Below, piece after piece: positions 1 through 12,347 of a DNA stretch of 64,000 nt. Positions within the stretch are counted from its first letter, which is position 1. Every line of letters begins with the position of its first letter. Position numbers and translations under genes: made by a program. Source of the stretch: Eledone cirrhosa (lineage: Eukaryota); the NCBI GenBank assembly GCA_964016885.1, contig OZ024750.1:3534001-3598000 (forward strand), read 5' to 3'. Below the pieces are notes generated by a model, which worked only from the letters and a program-made list of their open reading frames with translations, was not told the origin of the DNA and did not search any database.

Positions 1-445
1 TGCAAAATGAATGCATTTTAAAGTTTTGTTATATGGCTTTGATTTTTATGATTTTGAAACCTCTAAAAGATTTCCTGGAATTTAAACACAATTTTTTTTT
101 TTTTTTACACTTTTTGTTAATTCATAACTCTGTGTAATGATTTAGCAGAAAATGTTTAAAAATGGCTTTGTTAATTCAAATGATTATAGTGCATTTATTA
201 GTGGACAGATTATCATCATCATGGAAAAATTTACAGTAAATTGGACATTCATTTTCAATATGGTGCTATCACAGTGCTGTTTTATACTTTTGAAGAATGT
301 CTTACTAATGTGCTTTCATATGGTACAGGATGCTAAGAGTTAATGATAAGAACTTAGTTGACACAAAAATATGCTGATTTCATCACCATCATCATTTAAT
401 GTCCATCACTATTCGTTTTTTCTTTTTCATTTATTTAATTTTCAG

Positions 446-496
446 TTTCCCAGTTTCATACACACACAGAAAAGAAATCCAAAAACACATTGTAAG
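446..496 (+). CDS. CAT: Catalase, internal coding exon (FPSFIHTQKRNPKTHCK); upstream exons lie before the window
   Basis: ttcag| acceptor, AAG|gtaagt donor, 51 bp, phase 0/0; matches human catalase FPSFIHSQKRNPQTHLK. Confidence 0.93.
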
Positions 497-961
497 GTAA
501 GTGTTCAATATAAGTTCATATTTATTGATTTCTCCAATTTGGAGGTGGCAAATATGCAAACAAGACTAGACTTTTGAATTACAGGTACAACTTGTTTTTC
601 CCAGCTGAGTGAACTGGAGCAATGTGAAGTAAAGTGTCTTGTTTAAGAACACAATATGATGTCGGAAATTGGCAGAACATTGCATAGAATGCCTTGCAGT
701 ATTTTTCTCTTCGTCTAACCCATGCTAGCATGGAAAAATGGACGATACATGATGAGAATAATATTTACTCTGGCTCTTTGTGGTCTGAGTTCAAAGACTT
801 CTGAGGTCAACTTTCCTCTTCATCCTTTTCAAAGTTAATAAATATAACATCAGTTTGAACAGAGGCGAGAGAATACGGCTGGTTTAATTATTTTAATATT
901 ACATTTTACACAATTTCTTATTTACTGAAATATTTTCCCCTTTTTTTTTTTTTTTCGTAAG

Positions 962-1141
962 GATCCAGATATGTTTTGGGATTTTATTACCCTGAGACCT
1001 GAAACAACTCATCAAGTATGTTTTCTGTTCGCTGATCGTGGGATACCAAATGGTTTTCGTTGCATGAATGGTTATGGAAGTCATACATTTAAGATGGTCA
1101 ACCAAAACAGTGATGCTGTCTACTGTAAATTTCACTTTAAG
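962..1141 (+). CDS. CAT: Catalase exon (DPDMFWDF...YCKFHFK)
   Basis: Poly-T tract + taag| acceptor, AAG|gtaagc donor, 180 bp; contains DRGIP and [10 protein letters not shown] motifs. Confidence 0.96.
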
Positions 1142-2119
1142 GTAAGCTATGTCTTTTATATTCTTCAGTAGTTGGCCAGTATATTTGTAATGGCCTCTGA
1201 TTTTCTGAAGCAGTAATCTTCATACCACTTCCATCCAGGCCCAGTTCATACAATCAACACTACAACTCATCAAAGGTGTATATCAATTTATGCAACTATT
1301 CCTCCTCTAAATTGCAACTCTGTGGACACAGGAGGGCCAAATGATAAAGGTGTTCACTTCGCAATCATTAGGTGCCGGATTCAATCCCACAGTTTGGGCA
1401 TTTTTTAAAGCCTGGCAGAGCCCATACCTCTCCAGGCCTGAGTACAGCAGATTTCTTCCACAGACAAGAAGAATCGACCCCAGTACTAGACTGATACATG
1501 TTTTTATCGACCTCGAAAGGATGAAAGGCAAAGTTGACCTCAGTGGGATTTGAACTCAGAGATGAGAGAGTTGAAATACTGCAAAGCATTCTATCTGATG
1601 TAGTAACGGCTCAGCTAATTCACTGGCTAGATGTCATTTACAATACATAATACTGGATCTCTACAGAGGACATACTTCACAAAGGACAATCAGTTGTAAT
1701 TTCCTTTGATAGATTTCAAAAACTCATGTTAATAACAATGTAGAAACTTGGGATGAACAACTGGAAGATAAAATCCATTTAGTTTAAGTGTTAGAAGAGA
1801 GATTTTTAATAGAATTTCATCAAGCATTTGGTGATAGTAAGCTTTCAACTTTACAATACGGTACACTTTGAAAATAGTGTGAGAAACTTACATCTGCATG
1901 GAATTTAGTTTTCATTGCAAAATCAATAACATAAGTGCATATATTTGTAACAGAGAAGAAACTTAATTTGAAAGAGAGTAATACCTATCAATAGATAATG
2001 AGAAGCAATTATTTTGATAAGACTTGAATGATTTTGCTCATACTAAATATTAAAATAACCACAAAACTTAAATAAGAATGAAGACAAAGAGAAAGGATTT
2101 ACCATTCTCTTGTTTTTAT

Positions 2120-2432
2120 AAGTGTGAGAGAAAGGTAGAACTTGGATGAGCTGAGGGAGAAGCTGGGTTTAAGAGGAATCCGAGGTGGTGTGCTGAAGAG
2201 AAGATGTGTAATGATGATGATCGATGTGTGAAGAAGTGCCAGGAAATCCCAGTGGAAGTAAGCCGCAGTAGTGGTGGACCATGAAAGACCTGGACAAAGG
2301 TGGTGAGAGCTGAAACTCACAGAGGACATGACAAAGGAACGTAGCAAGTGGAGAGATGTTGTGCTGAGAAGGACCTGTCCAACCCATGCAAGCGTGCAAA
2401 AACAGACGTTAAAATGATGATGATGATGATGA
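2120..2432 (+). mobile_element. RTE-like LINE 3' end / SINE tail ending in (GAT)n
   Basis: Ends ...CCCATGCAAGCGTGCAAAAACAGACGTTAAAATGATGATGAT; same tail near 3110-3158, 13475-13548, 24615-24680, 50795-50850, 52285-52335 and reversed near 12050, 37050, 62075. Confidence 0.75.
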
Positions 2433-2959
2433 TTTGTCTATTGTTTATATCTTTATCCTAATAAATCATTCACTGTGAATTGACTGCCATTAGAATGTCA
2501 GATAGAATGCTTTGCAGTATTCATTCCAGCTCTCTGTGGTGTGAGTTCAAAACCCACTAAGTTTAACTTTGCCTTTCATCCTTTTGAGGTTAATAAAAAA
2601 AGTACCAGTCCAGTAATGGGGTCAATTCTCAGTTCTTCTCCATCACTCTGAAATAAATCAACTGTGTTCAGACCTGGAGAGGGATGGGCTCCACCAGGTT
2701 TAAAATGCTCAAGAAACTAGCCATTGGAATCTTTATGTCGTTAGAAAATTAGAGACTAATATTGTATTAATGTTGTATATTTTAATGTTACTTTTACCCT
2801 CTCTACCTCTTTCCTTGCATCTCTTTCTCTCTTCTTCTCTGGGAGGTATCAACCATGTTCAAACATATCTCATGCCAGCTCAATGAATTTAGTTATTATT
2901 GTACACCCTACCCCATACACCCTTTCCTGTTCTGTCCACTGTGTCGATGACACAACAGT

Positions 2960-3158
2960 CCACACTGTAAGGTGGTCGTGTAGGAGACACTGTAAATGTG
3001 GTTGGTGTTAGGAAGGGCATCCAGCTGTAAAAAATCTGCCAGAGATGCTTCCGTACGAGCAAGACATGGTCTCCCGACCATTCCCGCATCAAATGGAACA
3101 AAACTGTCTAACCCATGCTAGCATGGAAGATGGACATTAAACGATGATGATGATGATG
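2960..3158 (+). mobile_element. SINE with (GAT)n tail; related copies at ~13300-13548, 24420-24680, 27085-27275, 54890-55010, 55800-56010
   Basis: Shared core CACACTGTAAA..GGTTGG..TTAGGAAGGGCATCCAGCTGTA plus CTAACCCATGCTAGCATGGAA..GGAC.TTAAACGATGATGAT. Confidence 0.75.
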
Positions 3159-3913
3159 TCTGTTTTCCCAGATAAGTTGGTTTCATCTACCAAATTTTAA
3201 AATATAACTCAACGATACAATTTCAGATATGCTGTTCTATGTAAATTGTGTTCAAAATTGCTTGAAAATTCACATTAAACTTCATAGTCAGTAATTAGTC
3301 AGGATTAAATTTTCATATAAATGCTGCCATTACATTTTCAATTGTACAATGTTAACAAATTTTTTATATATATATATATATATTTCTTTTTACTACTCGT
3401 TGTTGTTGTTGTTATTCTTGTTGTTATAAAAAAAACTGCCCCATAGCTTCATATTGATTGGATGTAAAATATTTCAATGTACGACAATGTGATATTGTCT
3501 TTACATTTCCTAACATCTTTCACGTTCTTTTTTTTGTTGTTTTTTTCCCTGACATTTTCCTATTGAGAATGTCATGAGCAGCTCCAAATTATCTTCGCCA
3601 TGACACGTATTTAAATATAATTAACTGGCAAATTTGTTCTTCATTCTCTACATTTATTATCTAATTTCGAAGGCTGAAAGCAATTTTATATACAAAATGT
3701 AATCTATACATATATTTAATTTTTTAATTTTTGACTTATCTGATGCCATTTATTAAATATGAGTTGTTGCTAAATAATTTCAATTTCCTAAAAATGTTAT
3801 TATTTATTTCATATTTCAGTTATCATTTTTTTTTAAATAAATTATCTGAAATATAATATTGTTCTTATCCTCAAACTTTTTCTTTCATCTAAATTACTAA
3901 ATTATATTATTAG

Positions 3914-4105
3914 ACAAATCAAGGTATAAAGAACTTAATGGCAGATGAAGCAGCCATGCTGGCATCAAATGACCCAGATTATGCCATCAGAGATTTATAC
4001 GATGCAATTGAGACTGGTGATTTCCCATCATGGACTCTCTTCATTCAAGTGATGACATTTAAAGAAGCAGAAAATTTCCGATGGAACCCTTTTGATTTAA
4101 CTAAA
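3914..4105 (+). CDS. CAT: Catalase exon (TNQGIKNL...NPFDLTK)
   Basis: tag| acceptor, AAA|gtaagg donor, 192 bp (same size as human exon 7); DPDYAIRDL and NPFDLTK motifs. Confidence 0.96.
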
Positions 4106-4239
4106 GTAAGGAATTTGTCTTGTATATATTATATATTATTGTGGGGAGGGTGTTACATATACACTGATATACACTCAGTAGCAGTCTACATACATTCTTG
4201 AAATTTAAACTTTAAACAAATAGCATATCTTAAAAGATA

Positions 4240-4490
4240 CTCCACCTCATGGTCGCAGCCAACAGGGTGGAGAAGACATTGCTCTGAAGGACAGTAAGGG
4301 AAACACTGAAACAGCCACTCTACCTTGTGGGTAGCCAGCTCTACTCCAATTGTGCAGGGATATGGTTTGGGAAGCTATGAACTCAGGAAGTGTCCACTAC
4401 TACAGACTCCACCACAAACCCTATCAGAGAGCGTCCAATACTTGGACAGTTTGCCATCTTCAGCCAGGTGGACAACAAAGTCTAGGCTGA
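4240..4490 (-). mobile_element. Decayed non-LTR retrotransposon 3' end, CRE-like restriction-like endonuclease region, in a catalase intron
   Basis: Homologous in reverse to 21853-22035; minus strand gives fragments EWLFQ and VLQSNVFSTL, resembling the WLFQRLS..V.RGNA C-terminal motif. Confidence 0.55.
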
Positions 4491-4910
4491 TATTTATTTA
4501 TGACAGTAATAATTTGGGTTTAAATTTAATTGGTGGCTGGCAGCTCTTTTGCATAGTGGTTGACACCCTCACTTGGCATGCGGAGTTTAATTCTTCACAG
4601 GCACCTTTGTTCACTTTTTTTTCCATCTCCTGGACCACTTCACACAATTTTCCTAACTATTATTTACAGTGATTTATTATTATTATGGTCACTTGCATTA
4701 GGACACACATTTCATATTTTCTCAATGTTTCTTAAATCAACTGCTTCGTTTATGGGGTTTGTTTTACATGTGAATCACTGACTAAAGATTTTTTTTTTTA
4801 AAAGCTTTTATAGTAATTAAAATTGTACTAAATATCTATTTTATTGTTTTTGCCTCATGTGCATTCTTTTGGGTTTTGTTATTTTTTTTTTTTTTCCTGG
4901 AATAATTTAG

Positions 4911-5063
4911 ATCTGGCCCCATAGTGAGTTTCCTCTGATACCTGTTGGACGTATGGTTCTTAACATCAATCCCAAAAATTATTTTGCTGAAGTTGAACAG
5001 ATTGCTTTCTCCCCTGCACATATGATTCCAGGAATTGAGCCAAGCCCAGATAAAATGTTACAG
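4911..5063 (+). CDS. CAT: Catalase exon (IWPHSEFPL...SPDKMLQ)
   Basis: tttag| acceptor, CAG|gtaaat donor, 153 bp; [11 protein letters not shown] and SPDKMLQ motifs. Confidence 0.96.
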
Positions 5064-5254
5064 GTAAATAAATAGTATCTTTTAAAAAAGATATAAGCTT
5101 CTTTAATATCTAACATATGTTATGTCGCCATACATATTGTTCTATCTTGTTTAATTTTATATAAAATTATGTATAATTTTTATATAATTTTATATAATTA
5201 TGTATAAATTATATATAATTTTTATCCTTTTTTTTATTTGTCTAATCCCTAAAG

Positions 5255-5393
5255 GGTCGCCTATATTCCTACTCTGACACCCATCGGCATCGTTTAGGTT
5301 CTAACTATCTCCAAATTCCAGTCAACTGCCCCTTCAGAAGTCGTTTGGCCAATTACCAAAGAGATGGACCTCAGTGTGTAACTGACAACCAAG
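5255..5393 (+). CDS. CAT: Catalase exon with the proximal heme-ligand Tyr ([15 protein letters not shown]...DNQ)
   Basis: aaag| acceptor; 139 bp ending in phase 1 like human exon 9; donor reads ttaagt instead of gtaagt (see findings). Confidence 0.92.
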
Positions 5394-5937
5394 TTAAGTA
5401 GTTTGTATATCTTCGCCATTTTGATACCAGACTGCCCCTGGTTCTATGATTTAAAGCTGTTTATATCTAAAACCCTTCCTTAAGTTATATTCCAAACACC
5501 AGCTTAATAATGAGAAAGTTAGTTATATTACTAAATGCTTCCAAATTCTGGATTTTCAAAATTATTTGAAAATCTTAAGCAGTATCTTTCATTAGAAATA
5601 TGGTAATGAAAAGTTAACAGGTGTGTGTGGGGGTGCAAGTGTATTTAAGGTATTTATGCTAGTGTGGAAAAAAGGACATTAAATAGTGATGGTGGTGATA
5701 CATGATTAAGCATACCCCTCTTTATGTGGTAGCATCAATCAATGAATATATGAGTGTGTGTGGATGATGAAAAGAGGGCAGAAGATCCCAAGCTATCTGA
5801 AAGATCAGTGAAACTGTCTCAGATAAGATAGGTGAGAATATCTTAGACACAGAACGGTCTTTAGTAAAGTTTCCTTTGAAATTTACTTTACAATAATTAT
5901 ATATATATTAAAAAAATTAATTCATTTATTTATACAG

Positions 5938-6089
5938 GAGGAGCCCCTAATTATTATCCTAATAGCTTTTCTGGCCCAGTTGATGATGTTCAGTATTTGG
6001 AGAAGCCCTTTTTTATCTCTGGGGATGTTCAGCGTTACAATACAGCAGACACTGACAACTTTACTCAAGCTGGAGCATTCTGGAAGCAG
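5938..6089 (+). CDS. CAT: Catalase exon (GAPNYYPNSFSGP...FWKQ)
   Basis: tacag| acceptor needing phase 1, CAG|gttagt donor, 152 bp; APNYYPNSF motif. Confidence 0.95.
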
Positions 6090-6224
6090 GTTAGTCATGT
6101 ATATATATATATATATATATTGAAGTTAACAAAGTCAATCAAATTGTAATGTTGTATTACACACCAAAATGGATAGTGTTATTATTTGAAGCTTTTGTAA
6201 GGAGAGTGAAAATTGTTGACTTAA

Positions 6225-6432
6225 CCCTTTAGCATTCACATTACTCTATATTTACTATTGTATCTTTGTGGTAAAGGCTTTATCTTACATAATTATCTCA
6301 CATAATATCGATCTACGAGATTTTGATGTTATTTATTTTGAGAACAATACCTTAATGTCAGTATGAGTGGCCAGTTACAGCCAGTTTGAACAGAAAGAGG
6401 AGAGAATTATGGCTGGTTTAAATGCTAAAGGG
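6225..6432 (+). mobile_element. piggyBac-type MITE (family copy 1)
   Basis: TTAA|CCCTTTAGCATT ... AATGCTAAAGGG|TTAA terminal inverted repeats with TTAA flanks. Confidence 0.85.
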
Positions 6433-6631
6433 TTAAACAATTTCACGTTATAAAGATGAAAACAATATGGTTTGAGACCTGTAAAAAAAAAAAAAAGATA
6501 GTAGCCCAAAACAATAACCTCTAGGCTATTAGAAAAGTTTAAAGCTGGTTGCCTTACCATTTCTATCCCTAAAATGGATTTAGATTTGTTTACCATAACG
6601 GTAGAAAAGTATTTGATGTTTTATTTCATAT

Positions 6632-6810
6632 GGCAGTATCGGTAGAAGCTCGGACGCCATGCTTTGCAGCATAGAGTTACGGCCCTTTACAGTCTAAGTT
6701 TAAATCCTGCCGAGATTAACTTTGCCTTTCATCCTTACGGGGTCGATAAAACAAAGTACCAGTAATACACTGGGGCAATTGCTGGTCTTGTGCCAAAAGT
6801 AGAAACAATT
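6632..6810 (+). mobile_element. tRNA-derived SINE (abundant family; copies ~15401-15580, 31620-31800 on +; ~28285-28435, 47970-48145, 1480-1620, 11330-11570 on -)
   Basis: TGGCAG.ATCG.TAG A-box-like and GAGTTCAAATCC B-box-like head, core TTTGCCTTTCATCCTT.CGGGGTCGATAAAATAAAGTACCAGT, (ATT)n tail. Confidence 0.8.
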
Positions 6811-8136
6811 ATTTGATTATCTATTTATTTATTTTGTTTATCTCCAAGACAAATTAGATTAGGGGACTAGAAAATGACTTGAAATAAAGACCGGCGCTGA
6901 CTGCAAACTGTTGCTCATGTAAATATGCTGTAAAAAGCTAATGAGAACTGGGTGAACAAATGTCAGAGTGGCATGAGTTAACAGAAATGGGGTGAAGTAA
7001 TAAATATTTATAACAAGCATATTAAGTCTGACCCAAAAAACAGCCAAGAGATATGACCTTCAACCAATGTGAAGAAAGAATATCACTCATGTCTAGTCTA
7101 TGACAGTCAAAAAGGATATAATGGTAATCATCGTCATAATATGCCATTTTAGAGCTATCTTCTATGTTGGCAGGAATTGAATGTCCATCTTTATTTTTAA
7201 CATTTTATTTTTTTTTTTTGCTGGCATCAAACAGTGGATTCTGCAAATTAACATTTTTTGCCATGAATTGCAGAAACATGAATTTTAAAGTTGGATTTCC
7301 TTCATGAATGTCACAATTCTATGTAAGAACTGTACCTATTTTACAGATAGGTTGTTTAAGACAAGGCTAATAGCTTTAGCAGAGCTGTACACGTCATGAC
7401 CTTTTAGTATAATCAGTTCGCTTCAGCATATAAACAGTTTAACAATTTAACTCTATTTCTAGACTGAAAACTATCATACACCATCAATCATATTTTTGTT
7501 TCATATATTGGTGATCTATCTACACAATAAAAGCACCCAGTACACCCTGTAAAGTGATTGGTGCTGGGTGGGGGAGGCATCCAGAAGAGATCTCCCACTA
7601 CAAGAGGTCTGAAACCATCTCATCTTTTGCACAAAAACAGAAACCAACAAACCTAATGATACCCAATCATGTAATGGTGATTGGAGATCTAACTAATAAA
7701 AAATCTATTTTAGATGTAAATATTGAAAGATCTTTCTTTTTCTAAAGCTGGAGTTAATAATAAAAAATAAACAACAAAAAACCTATAATCTTTTTTTTTT
7801 AAAGAAATAACAGGCTTTTACCATTAACGACAATTAACTAATGTGATGCATTTGATATGTATCGATTAGAAACATTATTGATATCACAACATAAAACATA
7901 ATTAAGATATGTATTGATTAACTAAAGATTGCTACCTACAAGACATTACCTATTGATATTACATAATAATGATTTCTACTATAGGCACAAGGCCAGCAAT
8001 TTGAAGGGGAGGGAGGAAAGTCGATTAAATCGACCCCCCCCCCCCCCCCCGTACATTACTGGTTCTTTATTTATCGACCCCGTAAAGACGAAAGTTACGA
8101 AAGTGAACAGTGTATGAATCACTATACATATTCACA

Positions 8137-8223
8137 TGGTGGTGGTGGTGGTGATGACGACGACGGCGGCGGCGACGACGACGACGGCGGCGGCGACGAC
8201 GACGACGGCGACGACGGTGGTGA
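8137..8223. repeat. GGT/GAC/GGC trinucleotide tract
   Basis: Direct reading. Confidence 0.9.
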
Positions 8224-8295
8224 TTTAAATATACTGCAAAAAAATATGTCCAACAAGTGCAACATTTTGAAAATGTTTCTGAAATTATTTTTTAG

Positions 8296-8463
8296 GTATT
8301 ATCCCCGGCAGAACGTAAAAGACTTGTGGAGAACATCGCTGGTCATTTGATTGATGCTCAAGAGTTTATTCAGAAACATGCAGTGTACAACTTTGGACAA
8401 GTGAATCCAGAATTTGGCCAACAATTAAAATCCAAACTGGACAGTTTGAAGTCTTCGAAATCA
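8296..8463 (+). CDS. CAT: Catalase exon (VLSPAERKRLVENIAGHL...SSKS)
   Basis: tttag| acceptor, TCA|gtaagt donor, 168 bp; matches the [21 protein letters not shown] helical domain. Confidence 0.94.
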
Positions 8464-8548
8464 GTAAGTAAACCTGTGTGAAAAACATTTGTTTTTTTTG
8501 TGTGTGTGTGTGGGGGGGGTTACCCCCACCTTCAAACATTTGTAAATA

Positions 8549-8899
8549 CAGTGAAATTCCGTTACAACGAATTTTTTTTTTAATACCCCGTGAATTTCGT
8601 TATAACGAAAAATTCTATATAATGAGATCACCCGAAACAAATTGAACGTTTGTTTGTTATTACCTCAGCGATTGAAAAATTAAACAATAAATGAATGGAA
8701 ACATACCTCAATATGATTGTATCATGCAATAAAATATAAATTGCTAGCGTGGAAGATGGACGTTAAACGAAGATGATGGTGATATATTTCAAATATATTT
8801 CAAATATGTTTCCTTTCATTTTTTTTCTGTCATAAAAAAAAACCCGGGGATTAAAAAAAATTTGTCACAATGGTATTCGTTATAATGGAATTTTACCTG
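8549..8899. mobile_element. Tc1/mariner-pogo-type MITE in the last catalase intron
   Basis: TA|CAGTGAAATTCCGTTACAACGAA ... TTCGTTATAATGGAATTTTACCTG|TA imperfect TIRs with TA flanks. Confidence 0.7.
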
Positions 8900-9852
8900 T
8901 AGCAGGAAATAATCTGATGATGATCCACCATGTTTTTGTTATTGATTGCTTCATTGATCTGTTGATGTATTTTGTATTGATTATAGATATCATTTATTTA
9001 CCTAAGAAGAGGAGGGGACCATCACAAAATTGGTAAACTGGTACATACAGTAGCTTGCAGGGTTTAGTTATGTCCCTTTACATTCAGTTTAAATCTTGTT
9101 GTGGTCAACTTTATCTCTCATTACACCAGGGTTGATAATATAAACATATAATATATTTGGGTTGATTAAACACATCTACACCCAGAGCTGGATTTATAAT
9201 ATATATATAATGTATGTATGCATGTGTATATATATATATATATATACATATATACATACACATACATACATTATATATATATAATGTATGTAGATATATA
9301 TTCATATATATATATGTATGTAAGTGTGTGTCTGTGTTGCCCAACAAAACTTGAACTGTCAGTCACTTTATGCCATGAAAGCGGGATAAGCACCGGCCTA
9401 ACAAGCCTTCTGGCTTAAAACAGACCTGAATATAAGTCAACCCCCACCCCTCATTCTATGTTTGAGAAATGGGCAAAAATCCAACCCCCATTTATAAACT
9501 GAGACAGTTAACACATTATCTAGATAGCATATATAAGCTGCCCAACCACAACACACCCCATTTTACCATTGATTTTTTGGTCACATATTCCTCAACATAT
9601 TCCATTGTTCTTACTAACAATTATTTGATATGTTATACTGTATAAGATTGGCTGAACAGATTGTTTTAAACCATTTTCTTGAAATTTATGAATTCCATTA
9701 TTGTTCCATTAATTCATTAAACTAACAAAGAATTGCTATTAATCCTAAATTCGATTATTATAAAACTACAATAGAAAATCGATTCTATAACTATCATTTC
9801 TAAGATTCATCACATCAAACTATTTTTTCTTTCTCTCTTTTTTCACTTCCAG

Positions 9853-9885
9853 GTCAGTTCCCAGTTAATTGTGTCAAATTTATAA
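9853..9885 (+). CDS. CAT: Catalase terminal coding exon VSSQLIVSNL* (PTS1-like SNL)
   Basis: Long pyrimidine tract + ccag| acceptor in phase 0, TAA at 9883-9885; -SNL resembles the human catalase -KANL peroxisomal signal. Confidence 0.78.
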   Translation, partial: VSSQLIVSNL

Positions 9886-10461
9886 ACCAAAGACAACAAA
9901 GAAACAAATCTATTCAATAATTCATTTGTGATTTCTGGCAATTAAAAAAACTGCTGAAGCTGTTGGGTTTTAATTATGGCTATCTTGTTCATTCATCAGT
10001 GAAACCAGATCCTATTGAAGCACTTTTAAAGTTGGTTCCATCTGCAGTATAACACAAAATAATTCGGAGAAATACCCAATAATGCATTGAGATGTTTAAC
10101 AGTTTCGATTTTCATTAATTTTATATTTATGCTGAAAGCTGTAATCTAGAACTAATTAAATTAGTTACAACATGCAAAGAATTTAATAAGCTAACATAAT
10201 GAAATTATACTCTGTTAACTGTTGTCAATTTTCTACAATATTTGAATTATTATTGATAGAAATGGAATATACTCCAATGCCACAGTGATTACTTTTATTA
10301 GTGTTCTGTTCAACTAAATATATTTTATTTCAACTTGTTTTATATTTTTGACATGTGATTTATATCTGTTGCAATTATTGACAAATGGTTGTCACACTGT
10401 CTGGCTGTCACTTGAAAAATTAAAGGAGGTGGTGAAAGAATTAAATTATCAGAATCAGAAA

Positions 10462-10507
10462 AATAAATACAAATCAATTTAAAATAATATTTTAAATTCT
10501 TAATAAA
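10462..10507 (+). terminator. Candidate catalase polyadenylation signals (AATAAA at 10462 and 10502)
   Basis: Two AATAAA about 580-620 bp after the stop, followed by T-rich sequence; weak evidence in AT-rich DNA. Confidence 0.35.
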
Positions 10508-10844
10508 AAATCTTTATATTCTTCCTGTTTAGACAATCTACATAGATTGTATTCTTACTATACTTTCAAGTCCACTAGATGGGATAATTGATTTTCAGAT
10601 TTATACTCTAAAAGGTCAGCAACTTTATATTCTTTGGATCTTGGACAATATTCCAGTTTTACATATTCTAACTTAATGATTACTTAATTACACATGAATC
10701 CTCAGAAATATAAAAAAAAATATTTGATGTGGCAGTCATACATTCCTTAACCCATTTAGCACTGCCAAGCCAATATATCAGTCTAAAGATGTAATGCTTT
10801 TCTACTGCTTTGGACAATTAACAAAAATAATCTTTTTGCTACAT

Positions 10845-11020
10845 GGTGCTAAAAGGCCATAATGCTACATAGTCAAAAATGTCATAATGTTACATTGTCA
10901 AAAAAGGCGTGGTGCTACATGGTTTTTTTTTTAAAAGGGCCATAGTGCTACATGGTCAAAAAGGCCTTAATGCCACATGGTAAAAAATGTCATGTAGTTA
11001 CATGGGCAAAATGCCATAGT
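10845..11020. repeat. Degenerate ~25-bp minisatellite (GCTACATGGTCAAAAAGGCCATAGT-like, ~7 copies)
   Basis: Recurrent (c/t)tacat(g/a)gt-aaaaa units. Confidence 0.7.
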
Positions 11021-11803
11021 GCATGAGTAAGGTAGAAGGGATTAAAGTGGAGCCAAAGGTTTTTGAAGATTGGAAATTATTGTTTTAATTAAATTTAAAT
11101 AAAAATTAATTTTTGCAGAATAATCTTTGTTTTGTTTTCTATTAATTCTATATTTCTTCTAATTATGATTGAAGAAAAATTCAATTCTATGTTGGTGGTA
11201 TGGTGTGGTCCCATAACTCCTCATCATAGAGATGCCATAGTGACATACAGTGTTTCTTGGACATTTTAAGCCTGTCAGAGCCCATCTCTCCACATCTGAA
11301 TATTCCAGATTTCTTCCAGAGAAGGAGAGGAAATAAAAGGCAAAGTTGACCTCGGTAGGATTTGAACTCAGATAGCCAGAACAAATACAGCAAAACATTC
11401 TAAATTTGTTGGGAGAGCACAGTCGATTGTATTGGCACCAGCACATAACTGGTACTTATTTCATTGAACTCCAGAAGGATGAAATACAAAGATGATCAAG
11501 TCAAGATTTTGAACTTAAAACGTAAAGAGATGGAATAAATACTTGAAGACATTTTGTCTGATAGTCCAACAGTTCTCCCTATCTATGGCTCTTTGATCAG
11601 AGAATAATGTTAGCTTGCCACTCACATGTTTATTTCTTCATTATTGTTATTATTCTAAATATTGAAAACACACAGGAAATAATCCAAGCTAAGCTTTTAT
11701 TACATTAATATATAGTCAAAGCCTGTTTATAATTACATTATCAATTAATCTCATCTCCTAATACTAGTCATGTTTATATGGGTCTATTTGATGTGAACAT
11801 ATA

Positions 11804-11882
11804 CATGATGTCCCCCAAAAATGTATACATATTTCAACAGCATTCTAATAAATATGTGCATACATTTTTGGGGTACACGCTG
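11804..11882. mobile_element. ~80-bp Tc1/mariner-like mini-MITE
   Basis: TA|CATGATGTCCCCCAAAAATGTAT ... ATACATTTTTGGGGTACACGCTG|TA. Confidence 0.6.
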
Positions 11883-11967
11883 TATTTGATTTTCAAAGCT
11901 TTTAACACAATTGTGTATTCAGTACATTTATGTATTTTGGATGAGAGATGAAACAAAATCCACTATA

Positions 11968-12347
11968 CAGGGTGAGTTATAAGTAAACAGACAGTACAAG
12001 ATTTATATTCCAAATAATAAATATTTACTAAAATTCTGGGGTCATACAGTCATCATCATCATCGTTTAACGTCCAACTTCCACGCAAGCATGGGTTAGAC
12101 GGGTTTGTCCCACTTGAGGCAAGATTGGTCGGGTGACCGTGTCTCACTCATACAGAACTGTTTCTGGCAGGTTTCATTAGTATGAAATTATAAATACATC
12201 AAACAAAAGTAGTTAAAAATATATAATTAAAGTGTTGGAAAAGCTGACCCCATTTCTGAATACATTTTTAAGTAGATGTTCAAAAAGTTGTCTGTGAAAC
12301 TTGCAATAAAAATATATTGACTGCCCAGTTACTTATGACTCACCCAG
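11968..12347. mobile_element. Tc1/mariner-type MITE carrying an inserted SINE tail (~12050-12175, -)
   Basis: TA|CAGGGTGAGTTATAAGTAA ... TTACTTATGACTCACCCAG|TA. Confidence 0.72.

Noticed and set aside
1060-1066. His-to-Cys change in catalase FRCMN as loss of the charge-relay His
   Set aside because: By count this corresponds to human H211; the relay residue H218 (GSH) and the proximal R354/Y358 (RLYSY) are conserved.
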